In this document: positions 37,692 through 49,853 of the stretch, piece after piece
How positions within the stretch are numbered: position 1 is the first letter of the stretch
Layout: each line of letters begins with the position of its first letter
DNA from: an uncultured Elusimicrobia bacterium
GTDB lineage: Bacteria; Elusimicrobiota; Elusimicrobia; UBA1565; UBA9628
Length of the DNA: 64,000 nt
Assembly: GCA_964537395.1 (NCBI GenBank)
Contig: CAZIBN010000001.1
Span: forward strand, 986-64,985
Direction of reading: 5' to 3'
Position numbers and translations under genes: made by a program
The notes under the pieces: model-generated
Seen by the model: the letters and a program-made list of their open reading frames with translations, nothing else
The model's database searches: none
Told to the model about the DNA's origin: nothing

Positions 37692-38674
37692 GCCGATCTC
37701 TCGACCGAAAATTCCTCGCCCGCGCCTTCGCGCTCGCGCGCCGCGTCCACCCGCGCGCGACGAGCCCGAACCCCCGCGTCGGCTGCGTCCTGGTCAAAGG
37801 AGGCCGTGTCATCGCTGAAGGCGTCCACCTCGGCTTCGGCAAGCCTCACGCGGAGCCCAACACCTTGGCCCGGGCGGCCTCCCGGGCAAAGGGCGCGACG
37901 GCCTACGTCACGATGGAGCCGTGCGCCACGTTCCCGGGCAAAAAGACGCCGTCCTGTGCCGAGACCCTGGCCGCCGCCGGGATCTCCCGCGTGGTCTGCG
38001 CCACGCTCGATCCCAATCCCAAGGTCGCCGGACGCGGCCTCGCCCTGCTGCGCCGCGCCGGCGCGAAGGCCATCCGTCTTGCCGAGTTCCAGGCCGAAGC
38101 CGAGGCCCTCAACCGCGGATTCCACTCGCGCATGCGCCGCGGGCGCCCCTGGGTCATCCTCAAGACCGCCCTCTCTCTCGACGGCAAGGCCGCCGCGGCG
38201 AGCGGGAAGTCACGCTGGGTGACGGGCAAGGAGGCACGCAGCGCCGTTCACCGCATGCGCGCGGAGCTTGACGCTATCCTGGTCGGCGCGGGCACCGTGC
38301 TCGCCGACAACCCCGCACTGACATCGCACGGAGCTGGCAAGAACCCCCTGCGCATCGTCCTAGCGGGCCGAAGGAAGCTGCCCCCCCGCTCACGAATCTT
38401 CGACTCCTCGGCGCCCACTCTCACCTATCGGAAGCAGCCGCTCACCTCCGTGCTTCGCGACCTGGGCCGCCGCGGCGTCGGCACCTTGCTCGTCGAGGGC
38501 GGACCGACGATCCACGCCGCGTTTCTGCGCGCGGGCCTCGTGGACGAGGCGCGCGTGTTCCTCGCGCCTAAGCTCCTGTCCGGCGCGCTCGATCCCAATA
38601 CCGCGCCGAGGCTCAGGACGCCGCGAGTCTCGCGGCTGGGCGACGATTGGTTCATACAGGGGGTTCTTCGATGA
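37688..38674 (+). CDS. ribD: Riboflavin biosynthesis deaminase/reductase
   Basis: NPRVGCVLV, HAEPNTL...PCATFPGKKTPSC deaminase zinc motif, reductase C-domain. TTG start overlaps the upstream stop. Confidence 0.85.
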   Translation: MSRSLDRKFLARAFALARRVHPRATSPNPRVGCVLVKGGRVIAEGVHLGFGKPHAEPNTLARAASRAKGATAYVTMEPCATFPGKKTPSCAETLAAAGISRVVCATLDPNPKVAGRGLALLRRAGAKAIRLAEFQAEAEALNRGFHSRMRRGRPWVILKTALSLDGKAAAASGKSRWVTGKEARSAVHRMRAELDAILVGAGTVLADNPALTSHGAGKNPLRIVLAGRRKLPPRSRIFDSSAPTLTYRKQPLTSVLRDLGRRGVGTLLVEGGPTIHAAFLRAGLVDEARVFLAPKLLSGALDPNTAPRLRTPRVSRLGDDWFIQGVLR

Positions 38675-38708
38675 AGGCCCCGGCGCCAATCACCATGTCT
38701 CCGACAGC

Positions 38709-38726
38709 TGTCTATTATTATAGACA
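38709..38726. repeat. TGTCTA-N6-TAGACA palindrome, copy 1
   Basis: tgtcta ttatta tagaca in the 109-nt ribD-ribE gap. Overlaps the palindrome gacagctgtc at 38703..38712. Confidence 0.7.
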
Positions 38727-38783
38727 TAGTTTCGCGAGAAGGTCCCCGCGGCCGGCCACCGGCAGGATATCGGAGTAATCGCC

Positions 38784-39371
38784 ATGTTCACCGGTATCAT
38801 CAATCATCTCGGCACGGTCAAAAAGAGGACGGCGACGACTCTTGTGATCGGCGCCGGGATCCCGAAGCCCAAGCTCGGAGCCTCCATCGCGATCAACGGA
38901 ACGTGCCTCACGCTGGTCCAGACGAAGAACGGCAGCCACCGCTTCGACGTCGGGCCGGACACCTGGAGCCGGACGAATCTGGGAGCGCTCAAGGCCGGCC
39001 AGGCCGTCAATGTCGAACCGGCCCTGCGCCACGGCGACGAGCTCGGCGGGCACTTCGTCACCGGGCACGTGGACGCCGCCGCGGACGTGCTCTCGCTCGA
39101 GCCCTGGGGCGAGGGCTTCTGGCGGCTGCGCGTGGAGCTGCCGAAGATCCTGCGCGGGCTCGTCGCCGTCAAAGGCTCGATCGCCATCGACGGCATCAGC
39201 CTGACGGTCACCGCCGTGGGCACGAACCATTTCGAGGTCATGCTCGTGCCGCACACGCTGCAGAACACGAATCTGGGGCGGCGCAAGTCATACGACAAGG
39301 TGAACCTGGAAGCCGATCCGCTCGCCCGGTACGCCGCGGCCGCCGTGGCGGCCCTGAGGAGCAAGAAATGA
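38784..39371 (+). CDS. ribE: Riboflavin synthase
   Basis: MFTGIINHLGTV and two lumazine-binding repeats. Confidence 0.9.
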   Translation: MFTGIINHLGTVKKRTATTLVIGAGIPKPKLGASIAINGTCLTLVQTKNGSHRFDVGPDTWSRTNLGALKAGQAVNVEPALRHGDELGGHFVTGHVDAAADVLSLEPWGEGFWRLRVELPKILRGLVAVKGSIAIDGISLTVTAVGTNHFEVMLVPHTLQNTNLGRRKSYDKVNLEADPLARYAAAAVAALRSKK

Positions 39372-40609
39372 AGTCTGCGAAGGGTTTCGACGGCATCGAG
39401 GACGCGATCTCCGACATCCGCAAGGGACGCATGGTGGTCGTCGTCGACGACCCCAATCGCGAGAATGAAGGAGACATCATCATCGCCGCCGAGAAGTGCG
39501 GCGTGGCCGCCGTCAACTTCATGGCGGTGCACGCGCGCGGCCTGATCTGCGTGCCGCTGCCCGCCGCCCGCCTCGACGCCCTCAAGCTTCAGCCGATGAT
39601 CGACCCCTCGGCCTCCCTGAGCTCGGTCCCCGGGCGGGACACCGCCTTCACGATCTCCGTGGACGCCAAGCGCGGCACGAGCACCGGCATCTCCGCACGC
39701 GACCGCGCGGTCACGATCAAGGCCTTGATCGACCCGAAGACGAAGCCCGAGGACCTCGGGCGCCCCGGCCACATCTTCCCCTTGAGGGCGCAGGAGGGCG
39801 GCGTGCTCGTGCGCGCCGGCCACACCGAGGCCGCCGTGGACCTGGCCCGCCTCGCCGGTCTTAGACCTGCAGGCGTTATTTGCGAGATCCTCAACGCCGA
39901 CGGCTCCATGTCCCGCACCGCTCAGCTGATGAAGTTCGCGCGCAAGCACAAGCTCAAGATCGTCACGATCGCCGACCTCATCGAATACCGCAGGCATAAG
40001 GAACTCCTCGTCGAGCGCAAGGCGAGCGCCAAGCTGCCGACCAAGTACGGCGACTTCACGATCCGCGTCTACGAGGAGACCTTGACCGGCAAGGTCCATC
40101 TGGCGATGGTCAAGGGCGACCTGCGGGGCGCGAAAAACGTCCTCGTGCGCGTGCACTCCTCCTGCGTGACGGGCGACGCCCTGTTCTCGGCCAAGTGCGA
40201 CTGCGGCAACCAGCTCGAGGCGGCCCTGAAGCAGATATCGCACGCGAGATCCGGCGTGCTCGTCTACCTCAACCAGGAGGGCCGGGGCATCGGCCTCATC
40301 AACAAGATCAAGGCCTACGCCCTGCAGGACAGGGGCCTCGACACCGTCCAGGCCAACCTCGCCCTCGGCCTCAAGCCCGACCTGCGCGAGTACGGCATCG
40401 GCGCCCAGATCCTCGCCGACCAGGGCCTGACGACGATCCGCATCCTCACCAACAATCCGCGCAAGATCGTCGGCATCGAGGGCTACGGGCTCACGGTCAC
40501 CGAGCGCGTGCACCTGCAGATGCCGTCGACGAAGCACACCGCCAAATACCTGAGCACGAAGCGCGAGAAGATGGGCCACCTGTTGACCGTTCCTGAGGAG
40601 ATACGATGA
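39368..40609 (+). CDS. ribBA: Bifunctional DHBP synthase / GTP cyclohydrolase II
   Basis: VVVVDDPNRENEGDIIIAAE, then RVHSSCVTGDALFSAKCDCG. ATGA overlap with ribE. Confidence 0.9.
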   Translation: MKSAKGFDGIEDAISDIRKGRMVVVVDDPNRENEGDIIIAAEKCGVAAVNFMAVHARGLICVPLPAARLDALKLQPMIDPSASLSSVPGRDTAFTISVDAKRGTSTGISARDRAVTIKALIDPKTKPEDLGRPGHIFPLRAQEGGVLVRAGHTEAAVDLARLAGLRPAGVICEILNADGSMSRTAQLMKFARKHKLKIVTIADLIEYRRHKELLVERKASAKLPTKYGDFTIRVYEETLTGKVHLAMVKGDLRGAKNVLVRVHSSCVTGDALFSAKCDCGNQLEAALKQISHARSGVLVYLNQEGRGIGLINKIKAYALQDRGLDTVQANLALGLKPDLREYGIGAQILADQGLTTIRILTNNPRKIVGIEGYGLTVTERVHLQMPSTKHTAKYLSTKREKMGHLLTVPEEIR

Positions 40610-41029
40610 AGAGAGTCGCCATCGTCAAATCGCGGTTCAACGAGGAGGTCACCTCGCGCCTGCTCGCGAGCTGCCTGAAGACCTTCAAGTCCGAGGGCTG
40701 GACCGACGCCCAGCTCAAGGTCGTCGAGGTTCCCGGCGGCTGGGAGATCCCCTGGGCCGTCCAGGAGCTCGCCAAGACCAACCTCTACCAGGCCGTCATC
40801 ACGCTCGGCTGCGTGATGAAGGGCCAGACGCCGCAGAACGACCACCTCGCGAGGTCGCTCGTGCAGAGCCTGCACCGCATCACGCTCGACACGCGCATAC
40901 CCGTGATCCTCGGCGTCATCACGCCCAATAACGAGAAGCAGGCGATGGCGCGCACGAAAGGCGAGATGGACCGCGGCCACGAGGCCGCGCTGGCCGCGCT
41001 CGAGATGATCGCGCTCAAGGAGGAGCTCC

Positions 41030-41040
<11 letters not shown>
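40606..41040 (+). CDS. ribH: 6,7-dimethyl-8-ribityllumazine synthase
   Basis: 144 aa. VEVPGGWEIPWAVQELA, ITLGCVMKGQTPQNDH. Confidence 0.85.
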
Positions 41041-44998
<3,958 letters not shown>

Positions 44999-45005
44999 AA
45001 CGCCC

Positions 45006-45034
45006 TTGACGCCCGCCCGGACGGGGGCTACAAT
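45006..45034 (+). promoter_or_regulatory. Sigma-70-type promoter TTGACG-17-TACAAT
   Basis: -35 at 45006..45011 and -10 at 45029..45034. ATG 45041 lies 6 nt downstream (leaderless geometry). Confidence 0.6.
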
Positions 45035-45040
45035 CGGCGG

Positions 45041-45499
45041 ATGCAGCGAGAGACCACCAACGTCCGGCTTCGGATCACGAGCCCGACCTTGACCGCCGCC
45101 GACATCGAGGCCAAGCTCGGCATCAAGCCCGACGAGTCCTGGAAGATCGGCGACCGCACCGGCACCTTCGGGGCTATCCTTAAGGACCACGGCTACGAGC
45201 TCACCGCGGTCGCGCTCTACACCCTGAAGCTCGACGACCACATGCGCTCGATGATCAAGCGTATCGCTCCCGTCGCCCAAAAGATCGGAGAGATCTCAGG
45301 ACAGGCGAAGGTGGAGATCATCTGCACCCTGTTCTGCAAGACCGCGCCGCCGATCGCCTTCACGCGCGACGACCTGCGCTGGTTCGCCGCCATCGGGGCC
45401 AGCCTCGACGTCGAGGTGGGAATCCTCGTCGAGCGCGCCCAGCCGGCGACGGCGGAAAAGAAGCCCGGCGACAAGGAAGGCCCCGCCTCGGTCTTCTGA
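45041..45499 (+). CDS. DUF4279-like hypothetical protein
   Basis: VRLRITSPTLTAADIEAKLGIKPDESWKIGD resembles the DUF4279 N-terminal pattern (by eye). Confidence 0.6.
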   Translation: MQRETTNVRLRITSPTLTAADIEAKLGIKPDESWKIGDRTGTFGAILKDHGYELTAVALYTLKLDDHMRSMIKRIAPVAQKIGEISGQAKVEIICTLFCKTAPPIAFTRDDLRWFAAIGASLDVEVGILVERAQPATAEKKPGDKEGPASVF

Positions 45500-45502
45500 C
45501 GC

Positions 45503-46750
45503 CTACTTCGGGATCTTGACGCCCTTCAGGTCGGGCGACTCCGGGTAAGCCAGCCCCATGCGCTGCAAAGTCTTGCGCAGGATCCGGGCGAAGGCGAGGT
45601 CGCGCCGGGGCTTATCGTCGGCCGGGATCACATTCCAAGGCGCGTGCCAGGTGCTCGTCCGCGCGAGGATCGAGCCGAACGCATTCTGAAGCTCATCCCA
45701 GTGCTTGCGCGTCTCAAGATCCGACGCCGAGAACTTCCAGTTCTTCTCCGGACGGTCGATGCGCGCCTGCAGCCGCTCGCGCTGAACATCCTTCGAAACA
45801 TGGAGGAAGATCTTGACGACCTTCACGCCCGAACGGGCCAGCTCGAGCTCGAAGGCGTTGATGCGGGCGTAGCGTTCCTCGACGGTCTTCGCGTCATGCG
45901 TGCCGAACACGGTCGGCACGATGATGTCTTCGTAATGCGAGCGGTTGAACACGCCGATGATGCCGGGCTTGGGCACCTCCTTCTTGATGCGCACGAGGAA
46001 GTCCTGGGCGGCCTCCTCGGCGGTGGGCTTCTTGAAGGCGGCGACGCGCACGTAAGCGGGATTGAGGCCGGTCATGCCGTGCTTGATGACGCCGTCCTTG
46101 CCGGCGGTATCCATGCCCTGGATGACGACGAGCACGGCCTGCGTCTTGGCCGCGGCGAGGATGTCCTCAAGCTTGTTGAGGTCCTTTACCTCTTTCTCGA
46201 GCTTCTTGCCGGCCTTCTTCTCGGAGAGGCCGTCCTCGTCGTTGGTCGCAACAATCGAAAGGTCCACGGCCTCGCCGGGAGCGGCGGTCGCGCCGTCGAA
46301 GCGGGCGTTGAGGGCGGCGGCCGAGGCCGCCAGCGCCTTGCGCTCCTGAGGCTTGGCGGCGGCGAGGGCCGCGCCGATCTTCTCAAGCGATACGGCGGCC
46401 TTTTCGGCCTTATCCCCCCCCGCCTCGCGCAGCGCCGCGACGAGCGCGGGCAACTCGGTCTTGGGGGCGGCGAGAGCGGAGATCAGAGCGGAACGCGCGG
46501 CAAAAACGGCCGGCGTCGCCGCGACGGAGGGCGCGGGCGCTATCTGCGCCTGGAAGGCGGCCGTCAGACCCAACGCCGGTGATAGGGCCGGGCCGGACAG
46601 GGCGGCGGTCAGAGGGATGAGCTGAAGATTGATCGCATTGACCACGGGTCCGCGCGCGACGGGCACGATCGGCGCGGATACGCGGACCTGCGCGTGGGAT
46701 GAGGCAACGAAGATCAGGGCCGCGAATATCGCAACTAGGGATCGTCGCAT
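45503..46750 (-). CDS. ppk2: Polyphosphate kinase 2-family protein with signal-peptide-like N-terminus and long Ala-rich linker
   Basis: VVIQGMDTAGKDG Walker A and a PPK2 C-terminal domain. Start at M20 (MRRSLVAIFAALIFVASSHA), with TATAGT 6 nt upstream. Confidence 0.8.
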   Translation of the reverse strand: MRRSLVAIFAALIFVASSHAQVRVSAPIVPVARGPVVNAINLQLIPLTAALSGPALSPALGLTAAFQAQIAPAPSVAATPAVFAARSALISALAAPKTELPALVAALREAGGDKAEKAAVSLEKIGAALAAAKPQERKALAASAAALNARFDGATAAPGEAVDLSIVATNDEDGLSEKKAGKKLEKEVKDLNKLEDILAAAKTQAVLVVIQGMDTAGKDGVIKHGMTGLNPAYVRVAAFKKPTAEEAAQDFLVRIKKEVPKPGIIGVFNRSHYEDIIVPTVFGTHDAKTVEERYARINAFELELARSGVKVVKIFLHVSKDVQRERLQARIDRPEKNWKFSASDLETRKHWDELQNAFGSILARTSTWHAPWNVIPADDKPRRDLAFARILRKTLQRMGLAYPESPDLKGVKIPK

Positions 46751-46853
46751 GCCAATACTATAAAGGACAAGAGGCAGTCGCGCGTGGGCCGTCTGGGTAG
46801 GTCTCAATGGGAAAAGGACCCAGGAACGCCGCCGCCGGATCAGGTCTCTCGCG

Positions 46854-46886
46854 GCTGACTGTCTACAATAATAGACAGAAGTCAGC
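46854..46886. repeat. TGTCTA-N6-TAGACA palindrome, copy 2, with extended stem
   Basis: gctgac tgtcta caataa tagaca gaa gtcagc. The hairpin ends 5 nt beyond the stop codon of the last radical SAM gene. Confidence 0.7.
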
Positions 46887-46891
46887 GACCC

Positions 46892-47842
46892 TTATACGTC
46901 CCAGCACTCGTTGGCGTGCTTGAGGAGGTCGGTCTCGGTCTGGGCGCGACGGACGAAGTCCTGGACCTCTTTGGATTTCCAGGCGGCGCCGACCTTGGGC
47001 CACGCGGAAGCCAAGGTCTCGGTTCTCAGATCGGCCACGGCGAAGGGAAGTGCATTGAGAAGCTTGGCGCGGCCGTTGGGAACCACGAGGACCATGCTTT
47101 GGGGGCTCTCGGCGCGGGTGACCATCTCCTGCTGTATCCCCCACGGGTAGATGGCGAGCTTGGGCCCCTTCAGCGAGGCGGCGGCGACCTTGAGATTCAT
47201 GACCGCTTCCTTCCAGTCGTCGTCGCTGCAAGCCAAGGTGTCCCAGGCGTAAGCGGCGCGACCGAGGCGCATCATCGGGCCGGTGACGAAGGTCCGCACT
47301 TCCCGCTTGGCCGCCTGCTCATAAACGGCGACCGCATCCTGCACATTGATCTTTGTCGGGATAAAAACGAGCTCGGGCTCGAGCCCGCGCTTAACCAGCC
47401 GGTCGATCGCCGCCCAAGCGGGGGCGTAACCGGAACCCGGACGAAGCTTCTCGTGGACGGCCGCGGTGGCGCCGTCGATCGAGATCTGAACACAAGCAAT
47501 CTTTAAATCTTTAAGCTTGTCGCATGACTTGTCGTCAAGATCGAGACCGTTCGTCTCGATCTTAATTTCGACACCTCCCTTTGTGAGCAGTTCGAAGATC
47601 TCGAACGCCCAGGGACTCCCCATGGGTTCCCCGCCGCCGAAGGCGACGTAGGCGATGCCGATATCAACAATTTGGCGCGTAAGCGCCAAAGCCTGTTCGC
47701 GGTTCATCTCGTCGGGCCAGGCCTTGTCCGGCCCCGACTCCTCGCAGCAATGCAGGCAGCGGCCCGTGCAGCGGTTGCTCAGCTGCCAGGCAAGAAAGAG
47801 AGGGGCGCCGTAGTCGCCCACGGACGCCCCTCTCCGGTCCAT
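46892..47842 (-). CDS. Radical SAM enzyme, PqqE/MftC-like, no SPASM cysteines (rSAM-C)
   Basis: CTGRCLHC (CxxxCxxC), FGGGEPM, IETNG, C-terminal LPFAVADLRTETLASAW. Confidence 0.85.
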   Translation of the reverse strand: MDRRGASVGDYGAPLFLAWQLSNRCTGRCLHCCEESGPDKAWPDEMNREQALALTRQIVDIGIAYVAFGGGEPMGSPWAFEIFELLTKGGVEIKIETNGLDLDDKSCDKLKDLKIACVQISIDGATAAVHEKLRPGSGYAPAWAAIDRLVKRGLEPELVFIPTKINVQDAVAVYEQAAKREVRTFVTGPMMRLGRAAYAWDTLACSDDDWKEAVMNLKVAAASLKGPKLAIYPWGIQQEMVTRAESPQSMVLVVPNGRAKLLNALPFAVADLRTETLASAWPKVGAAWKSKEVQDFVRRAQTETDLLKHANECWDV

Positions 47843-47961
47843 CAGGTGAAGCGGATGTAGGGCTGGGCCATCACGCGCTCGGAAACTTCCTCAAGAGAGG
47901 GCGTCTCCCAAGCGAGCTTCGGCTCGGCCTTGGCATCCGTCACGGTTTTCTGGTCGTTCAT
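47842..47961 (-). CDS. 39-aa PqqA-like precursor peptide (not in ORF track)
   Basis: MNDQKTVTDAKAEPKLAWETPSLEEVSERVMAQPYIRFT. AGGAG lies 4 nt before the ATG. Its TGA shares one base with the ATG of rSAM-C. Confidence 0.65.
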   Translation of the reverse strand: MNDQKTVTDAKAEPKLAWETPSLEEVSERVMAQPYIRFT

Positions 47962-47979
47962 GTTACTCCTGTTTACCGG

Positions 47980-48939
47980 TCAGACCACGACCGGTATATT
48001 GTTTAAATTGTCCAGCGCGACCCACTGATTGGCCCGCGCCGACAACGACGGCTCGGCGGCGAGCCGCTCCAGCCCGGTCCGCACGCGCGGATCGGCCCAG
48101 GCGCTCTTGTACGACTCCCAGGCTTCAAGGAAAGTCTGCGATTTGAGGTCGGCGCATGTAAAGGGCAACGGGGCCGCGACCTTCACCCGCCCGTCGGGAA
48201 GCACCAGCAATGTGCCGGAGGGCTGGAACGCCCGGTGGGCCATTTCCTCTTCCAGGGAGAAGGGCTTGTAGCACAGCTCCATCTTACCGGCAAGCTCGCG
48301 CTCCTTGCGCTCCAAAACGAGCAGGAAGGCCGCGTATTCGGCTTTCGAGGGCTCGAGCTTATCCCAGAGCTTGGCGGCCGTTCCGAGGCGCATGAGCTGT
48401 CCCGTGTTGAACCGGAAGGCTCCCAGGGACGATGCCAGATCGATGACGGCCTCGGCTTCGAAAATGTTCAATCGAGTCGGTGCAAAGGTGATCTCGAGGG
48501 GCAATCCTGCAAACACCGTCGCGCGGCACGCATTAACGGCTTTCTCCAGCAATCCGTTGACTCTTTGCCGTTGATACACGGCTTGAGAAGCCCCATCCAA
48601 GGAGATCTGGACCGACCTGATCCCGAGGCCTTTGAGGACCGTCGGATCGAAGTTTTGGCCGTTCGTCTCGATCTTAAGCAGCACCCCGCCGTCGGAGAGC
48701 GTCTTGCAGACCTCCGCGAAGTGCGGGACCAAGGTCGGCTCGCCGCCCACGATCATCGCGTACGGCACGTCCGCCGCGACGATCTCGGCGCACAGCTTGA
48801 GAGCCTGCTCTCTCGTAAGCTCGTTGGGCAAGGCTTTTCCCGGCGCGGAGTCCGTGCAGCAATGCAGGCACGCGAGGTCGCAGTCCCGGGTGAGTTGCCA
48901 GGTGACCATGGTCGGCGCGGAGAAGGCCTCGATCCTCAT
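47980..48939 (-). CDS. Radical SAM enzyme, PqqE/MftC-like, no SPASM cysteines (rSAM-B)
   Basis: CDLACLHC, VGGEPT, IETNG, LPFTCADLKSQTFLEAW. Start at M18, with an ATGA overlap onto the prenyltransferase stop. Confidence 0.85.
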   Translation of the reverse strand: MRIEAFSAPTMVTWQLTRDCDLACLHCCTDSAPGKALPNELTREQALKLCAEIVAADVPYAMIVGGEPTLVPHFAEVCKTLSDGGVLLKIETNGQNFDPTVLKGLGIRSVQISLDGASQAVYQRQRVNGLLEKAVNACRATVFAGLPLEITFAPTRLNIFEAEAVIDLASSLGAFRFNTGQLMRLGTAAKLWDKLEPSKAEYAAFLLVLERKERELAGKMELCYKPFSLEEEMAHRAFQPSGTLLVLPDGRVKVAAPLPFTCADLKSQTFLEAWESYKSAWADPRVRTGLERLAAEPSLSARANQWVALDNLNNIPVVV

Positions 48940-49853
48940 CGCCCCACCGCCGCAAAAATCGCGAACAGAGCCGTCGTGAGCGCGTAGCACTGAACGATGG
49001 AGCGGATCGCGGGCATGAACAGCCGCGGGGTGTCCCAGGTGGAGGCGCCGTCACGCAAAGACATGATCCACAGCGGCAAGCCCGCCAAGGCGGCGAGAAC
49101 CGTCAGCTTGGGGAAGATCCCAAGGAGAACGCCCAACGGGATGATCAGCAATCCCAGCGCGGACAGCGCCAGATAGAGCACCCTTCCGTTCTTCCGTCCA
49201 AGTCGAACGACCAGATTTTTCTTTCCGACGAGACGATCCTGATGGAAGTCGGGGATGTTGTTAACGGTCGCCAACGACATGATCAGCAATCCGGGGACCA
49301 GCGACGCGAGCAGGGCCCCCCACGAGAAGCGGTGGGTGTGGAGGTGCAGAGAACCAAGGACCATCCACGGACCGTACGATAATCCGATGACGGTTTCCCC
49401 CAATCCGCGATAGACCCAACGGATGGGCGGGCCGACGTACCAGACGGCGGCGGCGCCGCCAAGAAGCGTGTACAGAACGATGGGCCAACCTCCTTCCCAC
49501 GCGAGATAAAACCCGATGGCGGCGGCGACGGCGAACGCCCCCACGCCGAGCGAGAACATCCACTCGGGGATGTATTCCTCGGCGTCGGGATTGAAGACCC
49601 GGTCGGTGCCCATCTTCGCGTCGAAGTACTCGTTGAACGATTCGACGCCGACGACGGACAGAAAAATACCGAACAAGCCCAGGCAGAAGACCGGCATGTT
49701 AAACGTCTTTTCGATCCCGTACGCCCACGCCCCGCCCAGGAAGTACGGCAGCAGCCCCGCGTAGAGGAAAAAACGATAGCGTACGACCGAGGCGACCTTC
49801 ATGACGAAGGTCTGCTCGGCCGGCGCGTGCGGGGCGGCGAAGACGTCGGTCAT
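48936..49853 (-). CDS. UbiA-superfamily (MenA-like) aromatic prenyltransferase
   Basis: Asp-rich motifs NEYFDAKMGTD and NNIPDFHQDRLVGKKN. About 8 TM helices. ATGA overlap with the rSAM-A stop. Confidence 0.8.
   Translation of the reverse strand: MTDVFAAPHAPAEQTFVMKVASVVRYRFFLYAGLLPYFLGGAWAYGIEKTFNMPVFCLGLFGIFLSVVGVESFNEYFDAKMGTDRVFNPDAEEYIPEWMFSLGVGAFAVAAAIGFYLAWEGGWPIVLYTLLGGAAAVWYVGPPIRWVYRGLGETVIGLSYGPWMVLGSLHLHTHRFSWGALLASLVPGLLIMSLATVNNIPDFHQDRLVGKKNLVVRLGRKNGRVLYLALSALGLLIIPLGVLLGIFPKLTVLAALAGLPLWIMSLRDGASTWDTPRLFMPAIRSIVQCYALTTALFAIFAAVGR

Noticed and set aside
38675-38783. Possible FMN (RFN) riboswitch in the ribD-ribE gap
   Set aside because: The gap is only 109 nt, and apart from a short CCACCGGC stretch none of the conserved RFN helices or motifs are visible.
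38804-40579. 591-aa minus-strand ORF
   Set aside because: It is antisense to ribE/ribBA, which have clear catalytic motifs. It is a low-complexity Arg/Ala/Gly-rich product with no start context.
46751-46807. TTG-initiated 19-codon extension of the PPK2 ORF
   Set aside because: The ATG at 46750 is preceded by TATAGT at the leaderless spacing and yields a canonical signal-peptide-like N-terminus.
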